The position numbers and the translations under genes are program-made. From assembly GCA_963793305.1 (NCBI GenBank), contig CAWBZV010000010.1:96001-160000 (forward strand): 64,000 nucleotides of DNA. The letters run 5' to 3'. Origin of the DNA: an uncultured Gemmatimonadales bacterium. GTDB lineage: Bacteria > Gemmatimonadota > Gemmatimonadetes > Gemmatimonadales > Gemmatimonadaceae. Position 1 is the stretch's first letter. Each line of letters starts with the position of its first letter. The notes beneath the pieces are model-generated. The model had not been told where the DNA came from, did not search any database, and was given only the letters and a program-made list of their open reading frames with translations. Shown here one piece after another: positions 48,600-59,173 of this stretch.

Positions 48600-49591
48600 G
48601 CGCCGACGATCGGGCCACGGGGCATGCGGCCGCGCTCGTCCGGCTTGGCATCAGCCGGCGGCGGCCCGTATTCGGGCTGGAACAGATAGGCCACGTGCTT
48701 GACGGGATCGACCGCTATGGTCTTCGCGCCACGCATCGTCGTGACCGTTGCGACGACCGTGTACTTGTCCGGCCCATCCTCGCGCACGACCGTCACGTTG
48801 GAATCGCGGCCGGCGGGAACGTAGAACAGCTTCTCCGACGGATCGAACCCGAGCGCGTCGACGCCGTCGCCGTTCGTGATCGTCGCCACGATCTTGCCAG
48901 AGGCCGGATCGAGGACCACCGAGTTCTTGCCGCAGGCAGAGAAGACTCGATTCGACTTCCGGTCATACGCGATGCCCGTCGGGCCGTCGCACGGCGCGAG
49001 CGGCCAGGACGCGATCGCCTTCCACGCCTTCGAGTCGATCACCTGGATTGTGCTCTTGCCTTCCAGATTGACGAAAATCTTGCCCTTCCCATCGCTCGCC
49101 GCGCCTTCCGGCCCGGTATCCTCGAGCTCCACCGTGGCGGCAATGTCGCCCGTCTTGGGATCGAGCGCGACCAACGTGCCGGGATGACTGTGGTTGGTGA
49201 GAATGACGCGATCCGAGAAATCATCGAACATGATCCCATCCATGCCGCCGGTCTTGACCGGGATCTTCTTGATGACGGCGAGGGTCTTGAGGTCGAACAT
49301 CGTCACCGTCGAATCGCCGCCGTTGGTGATGAACCCGTGATCCGCCTTTGGCGCGAGCGCGATGCCGTGCGTGCGTGGCGTGTCCAGGATGTCGCCGATC
49401 ACCTTGCCGGTCGCGCCGTCGATCACCATGACGTGCGTGGCCCGCGATACGAACACCCGGCCTGTGCCGGATTCGGCCGTCAGATAGTCAGTCCCGCCAT
49501 CGCCGCCAATGCTGTATTTCGCTACCTTGAACGTCTGGGCTTGGGCGACACTCGCTAAGACGAATGTGCCAATAAGGGCGTATTTGGTCAT
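48575..49591 (-). CDS. YncE/YVTN-like beta-propeller secreted protein
   Basis: Signal peptide; GGTDYLT, HGIALAP and PCDGPTGIAYD repeats. Confidence 0.8.
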   Translation of the reverse strand: MTKYALIGTFVLASVAQAQTFKVAKYSIGGDGGTDYLTAESGTGRVFVSRATHVMVIDGATGKVIGDILDTPRTHGIALAPKADHGFITNGGDSTVTMFDLKTLAVIKKIPVKTGGMDGIMFDDFSDRVILTNHSHPGTLVALDPKTGDIAATVELEDTGPEGAASDGKGKIFVNLEGKSTIQVIDSKAWKAIASWPLAPCDGPTGIAYDRKSNRVFSACGKNSVVLDPASGKIVATITNGDGVDALGFDPSEKLFYVPAGRDSNVTVVREDGPDKYTVVATVTTMRGAKTIAVDPVKHVAYLFQPEYGPPPADAKPDERGRMPRGPIVGAYFFAITH

Positions 49592-49601
49592 GCTTAAGAA
49601 T

Positions 49602-51746
49602 ATGCACATCCCGCCTGTCAGGACGCTTACACTCGTTTTCGCCACATTCTGCGCCAGCACGGCGTTCGGTCAGGTCACGCGGTGGAAACAAGAAGCGCGC
49701 GATGTGACCATCACCCGAGACGACTTGGGAATCCCGCATATCCACGGGAAGACCGACGCGGATGCCGTGTTCGGGCTCCTCTATGCCCAGGCGGAAGACG
49801 ACTTCAATCGCGTGGAGATGAACTACATCAACGCGATGGGTCGGCTGGCCGAGGTCGAGGGGGAGGGCGCGGTGATGCGAGACCTGCGCATGAAACTGTT
49901 CATCGATCCCGACTCGATGAAGGCGAAGTACGCGGCGAGTCCGGCGTGGCTCAAGCAGCTGATGGACGCCTATGCCGACGGGCTCAACTACTATCTCTAC
50001 ACACATCCGAGGACGGTTCCACGGCTCATCAAGCACTTCGAGCCGTGGATGGCCCTGACGTTCAGCGAGGGCAGCATCGGTGGGGATATCGAGCATGTGT
50101 CCCTGAGGCAGCTGGCCGCGTTCTACGGGAGCGATTCGGTTCCCCGCCTCCCATCGGTTTCGATGGAGCCCACGGGCTCAAACGGCATCGCGATCGGGCC
50201 TGCGCTCACGGCGTCGCACCACGCGATGCTGCTCATCAACCCGCATACGTCGTTCTACTTTCGCGCCGAAGTCCAGGCCACGAGCGACGAAGGGTTGAAT
50301 GCGTATGGCGCCGTGACGTGGGGGCAGTTCTTCGTCTACCAAGGCTTCAATACGCGCGTCGGCTGGATGCACACGAGCAGTGGCGTGAATGACATCAGCG
50401 ACTACGCCGAAACTATCGTCAAGAACGGGAGATCACTGGGGTATCGCTACGGCGGGCAGGTACGCCCCCTCGTGACAAGCACGATCGTCGTGCCCTATAA
50501 GACGGCAACCGGGATCAGCGCGCGACGGTTTACCGTGTATAGAACCATTCACGGTCCCATTGTCATGGCCGCCGACGGCAAATGGGTCAGCGTGCGACTC
50601 ATGCAGGAGCCGGTCAAGGCGCTCACGCAGTCCTACACCCGGACGAAGGCGACGAATTACAAGACGTTTCGTGAGACGATGGAGTTGCACACGAACTCGT
50701 CGAACAACACGATCTTCGCCGATGCCGACGGGGATATCGCGTATTTTCATGGCAACTTTATTCCAAAGCGGGACGATAAGCTCGACTGGACCAAGCCCGT
50801 TGACGGGAGTGATCCGGCGACTGATTGGAAGGGGCTCTTGTCCATCAATGAAACGCCACTGTTGCTGAATCCAGCCGACGGGTGGCTCTACAACAGCAAC
50901 AACTGGCCATGGTCGGCCGCGGGACCAGATAGCCCGAAGCGCGAGAACTTCCCGCGCTACGTCGAAACAGGCACGGGCGAGACCGCGCGGGGATTGCACG
51001 CCATCCGGGTGCTCGAGCACGCGCGCAATTTCACGCTCGACTCTCTGATGACCGAGGCGTACGACAGCTACCTGCCCGCGTTCCAGATCATGATCCCGTC
51101 GCTGATCAAAGCGTGGGATGACGCGCCGGCCGGAGACGAGACGAAAGCGAAAGTCGCCGAGCAAATCGCGCTGCTGAGAGCGTGGGACTATCGGTGGTCG
51201 GCAACGTCGGTGCCCACCGCACTCGCGATCTTCTGGGCAGAGAACTTGGGGCGAGGCTCGGGCGAACCGAACGTGGACTACTTTCGGCGCTTGGCGGACG
51301 AGACGAGCGGCGCCGACAAGCTCCACGCGCTCGCGGCGGCGTCGGATTACCTCGCCGGAGCGTTCGGCAGTTGGAAGACGCCGTGGGGCCAGATCAACCG
51401 ATTCCAACGCCTCACGCCGCAGATCGTTCAGCAGTATGACGACAGCAAGCCCAGCATCCCGGTGGGATTTACGGCGTCGCAGTGGGGATCGCTCGCGGCG
51501 TTTGGCGCGAGAGAGTACCCGGGCACGAAGAAGCGGTATGGGTCGATCGGCAATAGCTTCGTCGCGGTCGTGGAGTTCGGCGACAGTGTCCGGGCAAAGG
51601 CGGTGACGGCTGGCGGTGAGAGCGGCGATCCGGCGTCGCCGCACTTCAATGATCAGGCCCAGCGCTATAGCACCGGCAGCCTACGCAACGTCTATTTCTA
51701 CCCGAATCAGCTCAAGGGCCACATCGAGCGCGAGTACCACCCGTAG
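49602..51746 (+). CDS. Penicillin acylase / glutaryl-7-ACA acylase-family Ntn hydrolase
   Basis: RDDLGIPHI, YAQAED, GSNG (Ser nucleophile), LLINPH and GNSFVAVVEFG. Confidence 0.9.
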   Translation: MHIPPVRTLTLVFATFCASTAFGQVTRWKQEARDVTITRDDLGIPHIHGKTDADAVFGLLYAQAEDDFNRVEMNYINAMGRLAEVEGEGAVMRDLRMKLFIDPDSMKAKYAASPAWLKQLMDAYADGLNYYLYTHPRTVPRLIKHFEPWMALTFSEGSIGGDIEHVSLRQLAAFYGSDSVPRLPSVSMEPTGSNGIAIGPALTASHHAMLLINPHTSFYFRAEVQATSDEGLNAYGAVTWGQFFVYQGFNTRVGWMHTSSGVNDISDYAETIVKNGRSLGYRYGGQVRPLVTSTIVVPYKTATGISARRFTVYRTIHGPIVMAADGKWVSVRLMQEPVKALTQSYTRTKATNYKTFRETMELHTNSSNNTIFADADGDIAYFHGNFIPKRDDKLDWTKPVDGSDPATDWKGLLSINETPLLLNPADGWLYNSNNWPWSAAGPDSPKRENFPRYVETGTGETARGLHAIRVLEHARNFTLDSLMTEAYDSYLPAFQIMIPSLIKAWDDAPAGDETKAKVAEQIALLRAWDYRWSATSVPTALAIFWAENLGRGSGEPNVDYFRRLADETSGADKLHALAAASDYLAGAFGSWKTPWGQINRFQRLTPQIVQQYDDSKPSIPVGFTASQWGSLAAFGAREYPGTKKRYGSIGNSFVAVVEFGDSVRAKAVTAGGESGDPASPHFNDQAQRYSTGSLRNVYFYPNQLKGHIEREYHP

Positions 51747-51824
51747 GCGCTGGCGAAGCCAAGCGCTGTCGAACAGACCAGTCGAGCGGCGCGAAGCGCT
51801 GCATCGACGCGCGGCGGAGCCGCC

Positions 51825-53381
51825 TTAGCGCCGAGCCGACACGAACGCGCGAATCGACGCGATAACCTTCGCGAGCTCGGGCGACGGCGGCCGATCGGTC
51901 GGGCGACGGAGCGGAGGCGGTGGCGCGCCAACGTCGAGCCCCGCGCGCGACTGCTCGGCGTCGTGCAACTCCTGATAGAGCTGGCAATCCTCGGCGATCG
52001 TCAGCGCGCGTGAGTAGGCCTGTCGCGCGAGAGCGAGTCGGCCGCTTCGCCAGTAGCCGAGCCCGAGCGAGAGGTTGTAATCGGCATGTTGCTCGGGCAA
52101 CATCTGCTCGCCTTCTTCGGCCAATTCCGCCGCGTAGCGCTCGAAGTCGGCCCGTTCTCCGCACTGGGCCGCGAGACGAATGCCCTTGAGTCCCGCCGCG
52201 ACGTGCACGTCGGGGTCGTCGGCCGTTTGAAACATGAAGTCGTAGATGTCGCGGGCGACTTGCGGGTAATCGAGGTCGATGAACGCGGTCGCCGTGTCGT
52301 CGAGCACGCGATTCCGACGCGCGTCGTCCCAGTAGGCGCGGAGCGCCTGGGAAAGCCACACGAGCGCCTGTTGCGTCTCGAGCCCCTCGGGCTTGCGGCG
52401 TGCGTACAGGGCGAGCGCGCGCTCGTGCAGCGCTACCGCGCGCACATCCGGAAGTCCGACCACCTCGGCGTCGCGCGCAACGTCCGCATAGGCGCGATCA
52501 GAGCCCGGGACGTTATCGCCGACGAGGAGCGCGGCGGCCTCGCCGAGTCGGTTCATGAGCGCGAGCATGGGGACGCCCAGTTCCGTCGCCAGATCGCCAC
52601 CCGCATGGTGCGCCGCGATCGCGGCGGCGAGCCGGCCCGCCTTCCTGAGGCAGATCCCCATCCTATTGTAGAACTCCGGCGTCTGCAGCTGCTCCTCGCG
52701 CGAACGGACGTGCTCGATGGCCGTTCCATATACGTCGGCGGCGAGCTCCCACTGGTCGCTTCGATCGAGCACGCCGGCGTAGCCGACGAGAAGCCCGTAG
52801 ACCGAAGGCACACGCGTGGGCGAATCGTTGGTCAGCGCCGCGACCAGGGCCGACAGCATCCGCTGGGTGACGCCGGGAGGCAGGAGGTCGACGAGGCTGC
52901 GCGCGGCGCCGAGCTCGACAAACGATGCCGACCGGCGAATGAACTTGCGGCGGCCCCAGCGATCGATGAGCCGCATGGCCTCGAGGCCCGCGCGCGGCAT
53001 GTTACCGGTCAGACCTTTGGCGCGAAACTCCTTGACCATCTCGACGAACGCGTCATGCGATGGTTCTGGCCAGAACGGCGTCAGACCAGCGTTCCACGCG
53101 ACGGCTGGGAAAGGGAACGCAGTCTGTTCGGCGATTTCGTCGACGGCCGGCTCTGGGGCGAGTGTCCACTCGAAGTCGAAGACAATGTCGCCCACGGCAT
53201 CGCGACGCCGCACGAACGCACGCTCATAGCCGTTGCAGCAACGCGCCGCGTCGGCGGGATCGACCCAGCGATGTTGTTCGGGGCCTGAACAGAGGAAGAA
53301 CGCGTCAGTCGGGATCGGATCCAAGGGCCAAGGCTCAGGGGTCCACTCCAACTGCCCAGCACCGACGCACACATCGGCCAT
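51825..53381 (-). CDS. Hypothetical protein with C-terminal TPR-like repeats and a Cys-containing N-terminal region
   Basis: FYNRMGICLRKAGRLAAA and YNLSLGLGYWRSGRLALARQAYSRAL helices; N-terminal FLC..H...ARCCNG. Confidence 0.65.
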   Translation of the reverse strand: MADVCVGAGQLEWTPEPWPLDPIPTDAFFLCSGPEQHRWVDPADAARCCNGYERAFVRRRDAVGDIVFDFEWTLAPEPAVDEIAEQTAFPFPAVAWNAGLTPFWPEPSHDAFVEMVKEFRAKGLTGNMPRAGLEAMRLIDRWGRRKFIRRSASFVELGAARSLVDLLPPGVTQRMLSALVAALTNDSPTRVPSVYGLLVGYAGVLDRSDQWELAADVYGTAIEHVRSREEQLQTPEFYNRMGICLRKAGRLAAAIAAHHAGGDLATELGVPMLALMNRLGEAAALLVGDNVPGSDRAYADVARDAEVVGLPDVRAVALHERALALYARRKPEGLETQQALVWLSQALRAYWDDARRNRVLDDTATAFIDLDYPQVARDIYDFMFQTADDPDVHVAAGLKGIRLAAQCGERADFERYAAELAEEGEQMLPEQHADYNLSLGLGYWRSGRLALARQAYSRALTIAEDCQLYQELHDAEQSRAGLDVGAPPPPLRRPTDRPPSPELAKVIASIRAFVSARR

Positions 53382-53499
53382 GGCGCGAAGGTATCCTCAA
53401 AAGATCGACGTGGCAACGGTGACGATTGAGCCGGGGTAAGTTAGGCCGTGGTCAGATGGACCGTGGCCGAGGGGACACCGACCCGGTACGCATTTTCGC

Positions 53500-53745
53500 G
53501 TGTCGCGACCACGCCCAACGACCGAGACTTTGGCGGCTGTCATTCGCTCGTTGCGGAAAATGCAGGGGTTGTCGCAAGAACGTCTCGCTGACCTTGCCGA
53601 GCTCGACCGTACGTACCTAGGGGGTATTGAGCGGGCCAAACGCCGGCCGACTTTTGTGGCCCTCGAGCGGGTGTTAGCCGCCCTCGACGTTGGCTGGGGC
53701 GAATTTGGGGCGGAGCTCGACAAGGCCGCCAAACGCCGAGGATAA
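53500..53745 (+). CDS. XRE-family HTH regulator
   Basis: IRSLRKMQGLSQERLADLAELDRTYLGGIERAKRRPT. Confidence 0.9.
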   Translation: MSRPRPTTETLAAVIRSLRKMQGLSQERLADLAELDRTYLGGIERAKRRPTFVALERVLAALDVGWGEFGAELDKAAKRRG

Positions 53746-53777
53746 CGGCGGCCCATAGGTTGCCTTATAGGATTCTC

Positions 53778-54680
53778 GTGCGCGCTCCCGTTCGTTGGCG
53801 GTCGCTCGGCCCCGGTTTCCTAACGCTCGGGGTCCTGATCGCCACACCCCTGATGGCGACCCTCGGCCACCGAATCTTCAGCCGGACGATCCAGGTGTAT
53901 GTCGCCACCGATAATGCCACGGGCGTCATTCGTGGCACCGAGGTGTGGCACAGCGGAGAACGCATCGGCGAGGTCGAGGGAACGAGCCTCCGACCGGTGA
54001 GTGTCGACACCTCGCAACGCGTGCTCGTACGGGTGACGATCCCGCGCGATCTCGCCCCGCGCATCCGTCGCGACACCAGAGCGCAGATTCGCCCGGGATC
54101 GAGCATGCTGGGCTCGCCCGTGGTGTACCTGTCGGGTGGTACGCTCGACGCGCCAGTCATTCGCAATGGCGATACGCTGGTGGCGCAACCTCAGAGTGCA
54201 TTCGATGAGACCCGGGCCGCGGTCGCCGTGGGTGTCGCCGAGATCCCGGAATTACGCGCCGACGTCGAATCGTTGACGTTGCAACTGTTTTCGCGCTCGG
54301 GGACGATCGGCGCGGTCGGCACGCGCGATGTCAGCGACAAGCGCGTGACGGTCCTCGGCGCGCTCACCCGAGACTTGAAGCGCCGCACGCGCGCGACGCA
54401 GCCTCGCGTGCTCGACACGGACCGCGTCGCACTGCTGGACGCCGTGCAGCACGCGCTCGCCGCGAGCGACTCCCTGCGACGCCTGGTCGTGCTGGCCGGC
54501 GGCTCACTCGATCGGCTGGAGCGAGACAGCACATTTGTGCGCGCCGTCCGCGAAACACGCGCCGAGATCGACTCGACACAGCGCCTGTTGGCCACTCCGG
54601 TCGGCACGGCCGGCCGGCTGAGCGCGGACTCCGCGATCCGCCATCAGCTCCACGAGGCCTCCCGCTCGCTCCCATTCTAG
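53778..54680 (+). CDS. MlaD/MCE-domain protein
   Basis: TM segment, then [20 protein letters not shown] and [17 protein letters not shown]. Confidence 0.75.
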   Translation: MRAPVRWRSLGPGFLTLGVLIATPLMATLGHRIFSRTIQVYVATDNATGVIRGTEVWHSGERIGEVEGTSLRPVSVDTSQRVLVRVTIPRDLAPRIRRDTRAQIRPGSSMLGSPVVYLSGGTLDAPVIRNGDTLVAQPQSAFDETRAAVAVGVAEIPELRADVESLTLQLFSRSGTIGAVGTRDVSDKRVTVLGALTRDLKRRTRATQPRVLDTDRVALLDAVQHALAASDSLRRLVVLAGGSLDRLERDSTFVRAVRETRAEIDSTQRLLATPVGTAGRLSADSAIRHQLHEASRSLPF

Positions 54681-54711
54681 GTTATTTTCGCTGTTCTCCC
54701 CCCCACAAGAA

Positions 54712-56019
54712 ATGTCTTCGAGTGACGGTCCGGTCCCCCCGGACGTTGTGTTGCCCCCAATCGACGTCGCGGGGCTCAGACGCCAATCGATTCTCGAGCT
54801 GCAGCGCAAAGCCGAGGAGCTGGGCGTTCAGAGCGTCGCGGGGATGCGCAAGCAAGATCTCATCTTCAAGATCGAGCAGGCGCTCCTCCAGTCCGACGCA
54901 CCGCTCCGGGCCCATGGCGTGCTGGAGATCATGGCCGAGGGCTACGGGTTTCTGCGTAGCCAGGAGTGGAGCTACCTCTACAGTCCGGACGACGTCTACG
55001 TCTCGCCATCGCAGATCCGGCGGTTCGATCTCCGGACCGGCGATACCATCGACGGCCAGGTGCGCCCGCCGAAAGAGTGGGAGCGGTATCTCGCCCTGCT
55101 CCGGGTTGAGTCGATCAATGGCATGGACGCCGAGGCCAGTCCAAAAGAGCGGCCGCAGTACGACAACCTCCGGCCGCGCTATCCAGACCGCCGCATTCGG
55201 CTGGAGACCAAGAGCGGCGATCTCAGCATGCGGGTCGTTGACATCCTCGCGCCCGTTGGCAAAGGGCAGCGCGGGCTGATCGTCGCTCCGCCTCGCGCCG
55301 GCAAGACCATCTTGCTCCAGAAGATGGCGAACGCGATCGTCGAGAATCATCCCGAGGTCGTGCTGATCGTGTTGCTGATCGATGAGCGCCCCGAGGAAGT
55401 CACCGACTTTTTGGCCAACGTCCCGTCGGCCGAGGTTGTCGCCTCGACGTTCGACGAGCCGGCCGATCGGCATGTCCAGGTCGCGGACATGGTGATCGAG
55501 AAAGCCAAGCGACAGGTCGAGAGTGGCAAGGATGTCGTGATCCTGCTGGACTCGATCACGCGACTCGCGCGCGCCCACAACACGATTATCCCACACTCCG
55601 GCAAGATTCTGTCCGGTGGCGTGGACGCGCAGGCGCTGCAGAAGCCGAAGCACTTTTTCGGCGCAGCCAGAAATGTCGATGGCGGCGGATCGCTGACCAT
55701 TGTCGCCACGGCATTGGTGGAAACGGGTTCGAGAATGGACGAAGTCATCTTCGAGGAGTTCAAAGGCACAGGGAACATGGAGCTCGTGCTCGACCGCAAG
55801 GTCGCGGACAAGCGCATTTTTCCCGCGATCGACATTGGCCGATCCGGCACCAGAAAAGAGGAGCTGCTGTTGACGCCCGAGGAGATCAATCGCGTGTTTC
55901 TCCTCCGCAACTTCCTCGGGGATATGCCGGAGGATGAGGCGGTGCTGTTCCTGCTGACGCGCATGGCGCGCACGAAGACCAACCGCGAGTTCTTCGTGAG
56001 TATGGCCCAAGGCCAGTGA
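54712..56019 (+). CDS. rho: Transcription termination factor Rho
   Basis: [45 protein letters not shown] and [11 protein letters not shown]. Confidence 0.98.
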   Translation: MSSSDGPVPPDVVLPPIDVAGLRRQSILELQRKAEELGVQSVAGMRKQDLIFKIEQALLQSDAPLRAHGVLEIMAEGYGFLRSQEWSYLYSPDDVYVSPSQIRRFDLRTGDTIDGQVRPPKEWERYLALLRVESINGMDAEASPKERPQYDNLRPRYPDRRIRLETKSGDLSMRVVDILAPVGKGQRGLIVAPPRAGKTILLQKMANAIVENHPEVVLIVLLIDERPEEVTDFLANVPSAEVVASTFDEPADRHVQVADMVIEKAKRQVESGKDVVILLDSITRLARAHNTIIPHSGKILSGGVDAQALQKPKHFFGAARNVDGGGSLTIVATALVETGSRMDEVIFEEFKGTGNMELVLDRKVADKRIFPAIDIGRSGTRKEELLLTPEEINRVFLLRNFLGDMPEDEAVLFLLTRMARTKTNREFFVSMAQGQ

Positions 56020-56438
56020 CGCTCCGTGGTCGGCTGATCGCGATCGACTATGGCGAGCGTCGCATCGGTCTGGCGATCAGTGATCCATCGGGGACCATTG
56101 CCTCGCCGGCGGGTGTGATCGTTCGACGTCCCGGGAAACGGCCACCGGTGGCGGAGTTGGCCCGACAGGCGGCTGACCTGGGCGCCACTGGAATCGTCAT
56201 GGGATTGCCGCTCGACGGCGACGGCGAGGAGACCCCGCGCACGGCTGAAGTGCGTGACGTTGGCGCCAAGCTCGCGGAGCGGACCGGGTTGCCCGTGCGT
56301 TATGTTGACGAACGATATACCAGCGCAGCCGCGTTGCGTGCGGTCCGCGAGATGGGTGGATCCACGAAGGGACGCAAAGGAGACGTTGACGCTTTGGCCG
56401 CGACTATCCTTCTTCAACATGCGCTGGCGTTGTCTTAG
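56016..56438 (+). CDS. ruvX: RuvX/YqgF nuclease
   Basis: [27 protein letters not shown] and [11 protein letters not shown]. Confidence 0.95.
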   Translation: MTLRGRLIAIDYGERRIGLAISDPSGTIASPAGVIVRRPGKRPPVAELARQAADLGATGIVMGLPLDGDGEETPRTAEVRDVGAKLAERTGLPVRYVDERYTSAAALRAVREMGGSTKGRKGDVDALAATILLQHALALS

Positions 56439-57369
56439 CCTCGCCCTGTTGTGCGCCGCGTGTGACGCGCACACCACGGAAGAGAAGCGCGTGATGATCC
56501 CGCCGGGATCGACCTTCCGCGCGGCGGCGGACTCGCTGGCGTCAGCCCATGTCGTGTCTTCGCCGCATCTCTTTCGGATTTACGCGAAACTGACCCATCA
56601 GGATCGGGCGATCAAGCCGGGGACATATGTCCTGCCCAAGGGCAGCTCCTGGGGATCGACGCTCGACGCGCTGACGCACGGTCGTGGGCTCGTCCACACC
56701 ATCACCATCCCCGAAGGCTGGGAAGTCGCCGAGATCGCTCCCGCGCTCACCCACGGGCTCGGGGTATCGGCCGACTCCGTGACCGATGCGCTGCGCGACA
56801 GCGCGCTGCTCGCCGAGGTCGCCGTGCCGGATGAGGTGGAGTCGCTCGAGGGGTTCCTGTTTCCGGACACGTACACGTTCCCCGATGGGACGACCGCGCA
56901 CGAGGCGATCACCGAGATGGTGCACGAGTTCGAGCATGCGTGGAAGCCCGAGTGGAACGGGCGACTGGACTCCCTCGGGCTCACCCGCTACCAGGTCGTC
57001 ACGCTGGCGTCGATCGTCGAGAAGGAGGCGCGCGTGGCCGATGAGCGGCCGATCATCGCGGCCGTCTATTTGAACCGTCTCCAACGCCGCATGCCGCTCC
57101 AAGCCGATCCCACGGTGCAATACGCGCTCGGCCACCACGTCGAACGGGTGCACTACAAGGACCTCGGCATCGACTCTCCGTACAACACGTACAAGCATCC
57201 CGGGTTGCCGCCCGGGCCGATCGCGTCGCCCGGCGCGGCGAGCTTGTTTGCGGTCATCGAGCCCGCGCAGGTGCCGTATCTCTACTTCGTCGCGCGGCCT
57301 GATGGGCATCACGAGTTCAGCGAGACGTTCTCCGAGCATAAGGAGGCGAAACGCTCGATCTCACGCTGA
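56419..57369 (+). CDS. mltG: Endolytic transglycosylase MltG
   Basis: TIPEG, LEGFLFPDTY, LASIVEKE, LQADPTVQY, SPYNTY and GLPPGPI. Confidence 0.95.
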   Translation: MRWRCLSLALLCAACDAHTTEEKRVMIPPGSTFRAAADSLASAHVVSSPHLFRIYAKLTHQDRAIKPGTYVLPKGSSWGSTLDALTHGRGLVHTITIPEGWEVAEIAPALTHGLGVSADSVTDALRDSALLAEVAVPDEVESLEGFLFPDTYTFPDGTTAHEAITEMVHEFEHAWKPEWNGRLDSLGLTRYQVVTLASIVEKEARVADERPIIAAVYLNRLQRRMPLQADPTVQYALGHHVERVHYKDLGIDSPYNTYKHPGLPPGPIASPGAASLFAVIEPAQVPYLYFVARPDGHHEFSETFSEHKEAKRSISR

Positions 57370-57941
57370 TCGCCATTACCGACGATCTGCGTGACGGGCG
57401 CGATGGGCTGGTGGCTCGGGCGCGGGCCGCCGTTCGGGGGGGCGCGACGGTGGTGCAACTGCGGCTCAAGAACGCCGACGCTCGGACGCTCGTCGATGTC
57501 GGGCGTGCGCTGGTCGCGGCTCTCCCCGTTCCGGTGATCGTCAACGACCGCGCCGACGTCGCGCTCGCTTGTGGCGCGGCGGGAGTGCATGTCGGGGCTG
57601 ACGACGTGCCCGTCGCTGCGCTCCGGCACGTGCTTCCGCCACCGTTTGTCATCGGCGCCTCGGTTCGCGCTGACACGGCTGGTGCGGATTACGTTGGCAT
57701 TGGGCCGGTGTTCTCCACCATCTCGAAACCCGACGCACCCGCGGCAATCGGGATTGCAGGCTTCGTCGCGCTTCGCGCTCGAAGCACCGCACCCGCCGTC
57801 GCCATCGGTGGCATTACAGCCGAACACTGCGTGGCACTCAGGCAGGCGGGAGCAGTCGGCGTTGCGGTCATTGCGGCGATATTTGGGACGGCCGATCCCG
57901 AGGCCTCAGCCAGGCGGATAAGAGAAGCATGGGCGCGGTGA
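57351..57941 (+). CDS. thiE: Thiamine-phosphate synthase; start non-canonical or uncertain
   Basis: LIAITDD, VQLRLK, IVNDRADVA, GVHVG, DYVGIGPVFST and AIGGI. The frame is open back to TAA at 57339 with no ATG. Confidence 0.88.
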   Translation, partial: TLDLTLIAITDDLRDGRDGLVARARAAVRGGATVVQLRLKNADARTLVDVGRALVAALPVPVIVNDRADVALACGAAGVHVGADDVPVAALRHVLPPPFVIGASVRADTAGADYVGIGPVFSTISKPDAPAAIGIAGFVALRARSTAPAVAIGGITAEHCVALRQAGAVGVAVIAAIFGTADPEASARRIREAWAR

Positions 57942-59102
57942 CCGTTTCGGGACGCGGCGCGGCGCGGTGGACCGCGGGGCATCCGTGGATCTTCGCGAGC
58001 GACGTTCGAGGGCGTCCCCGCCGACGTTGAAGCGGGTGCAGTGCAGGTCAAGACCGAGCGTGGGCGGCCGATCGGGTGGGCCCTGTACAGTCCGCGCTCG
58101 GAGATTGCGCTCCGTCTCATCGATCGCGACCCGGACGCGCGCATCGACTCGGACTGGTGGCGCCGCTGCCTCGCGGCTGCCGCGACACGCCGGGCGTCGC
58201 TCGCGGACGTGGCGACGGCATACCGGCTCGTGCATGGCGAGGCCGACGGCTGCCCGTCGCTGGTCGTCGACAAGTATGATCGCTGGCTCGTCGTGCAGCT
58301 GGCGAGCGCCGGGGTCGAGCGCTATCGCGAAGAGATCGTGCACGCGCTGCGCGAGATGACCGGCGCCGAGGGAATATTGGCGCGAAACGATCTCGCGGTC
58401 AGGCAAAAAGAAGGGTTGCCGCGGACGGTCGAGCTGCTGAGCGGCGATGTCCCGCGCATGATCGACGTGCAGGAGTACGGCGTGCATTACTACGCCGCGC
58501 CGTGGGACGGGCAGAAGACCGGCGCGTTTCTCGACCAACGCGAGAACCGGGCGCACATTGGTGCCCTGGCCCGAGCCGGCGGTCGCGCGCTCGATTGCTT
58601 CAGCTATCACGGGTCGTTCGCGCTCCACCTGGCCCGGCGCTCCGGGGAAGTGCTCGCGCTCGATACGTCGGCCGCTGCGCTCGCTCGGGCAAGGGAGAAC
58701 GCCGGGCGAAATGGCGTGACCAATATCTCGTTTGTCGAAGCCGATGCGTTTGAGTATCTCAAAGCCGCCGAGCGGGCGCGGGAGCGATTCGATACGGTCG
58801 TCCTCGACCCGCCGGCGTTCGCCAAAACCAAGCGGTCAGTCAGCGCGGCGGCGCGCGGGTACAAGGAGATCAATTTGCGTGGCATGCGGCTGCTCAAGCC
58901 CGGCGGGCTGCTGTATACGGCGAGTTGCAGCTTTCATCTGAGCAAAGCGCAGTTTCTCGACATCTTGGAGTCCGCCGCGGCGGATAGTGGCCGACGCCTC
59001 GCGCTCCGCGAGTTTCTGGGGCAACCCATCGATCACCCGGAAGTTCTCACGATACCCGAGACCGGGTATCTCAAGGGCGCGATCATCGAGGCCTTGGACT
59101 AA
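57929..59102 (+). CDS. RlmI-like 23S rRNA m5C methyltransferase; +1 frameshift at ~58005
   Basis: PUA start GHPWIFASD, then in the shifted frame GEADG, GQKTGAFLDQRENR, LDCFSYHGSF, LDPPAF and TASCS. Confidence 0.88.
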
Positions 59103-59173
59103 TTCGCCGCGCGCTGTCGCGCGTCGGCTGCAATTGCGTTGCCCGGCAACGAGAACAGCGGCTTCTTGTTGGC

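Noticed and set aside
49616..49634. Operator copy outside the island
   Set aside because: Only a TGTCAG half-site inside a CDS, with the wrong spacer and no +22 partner.
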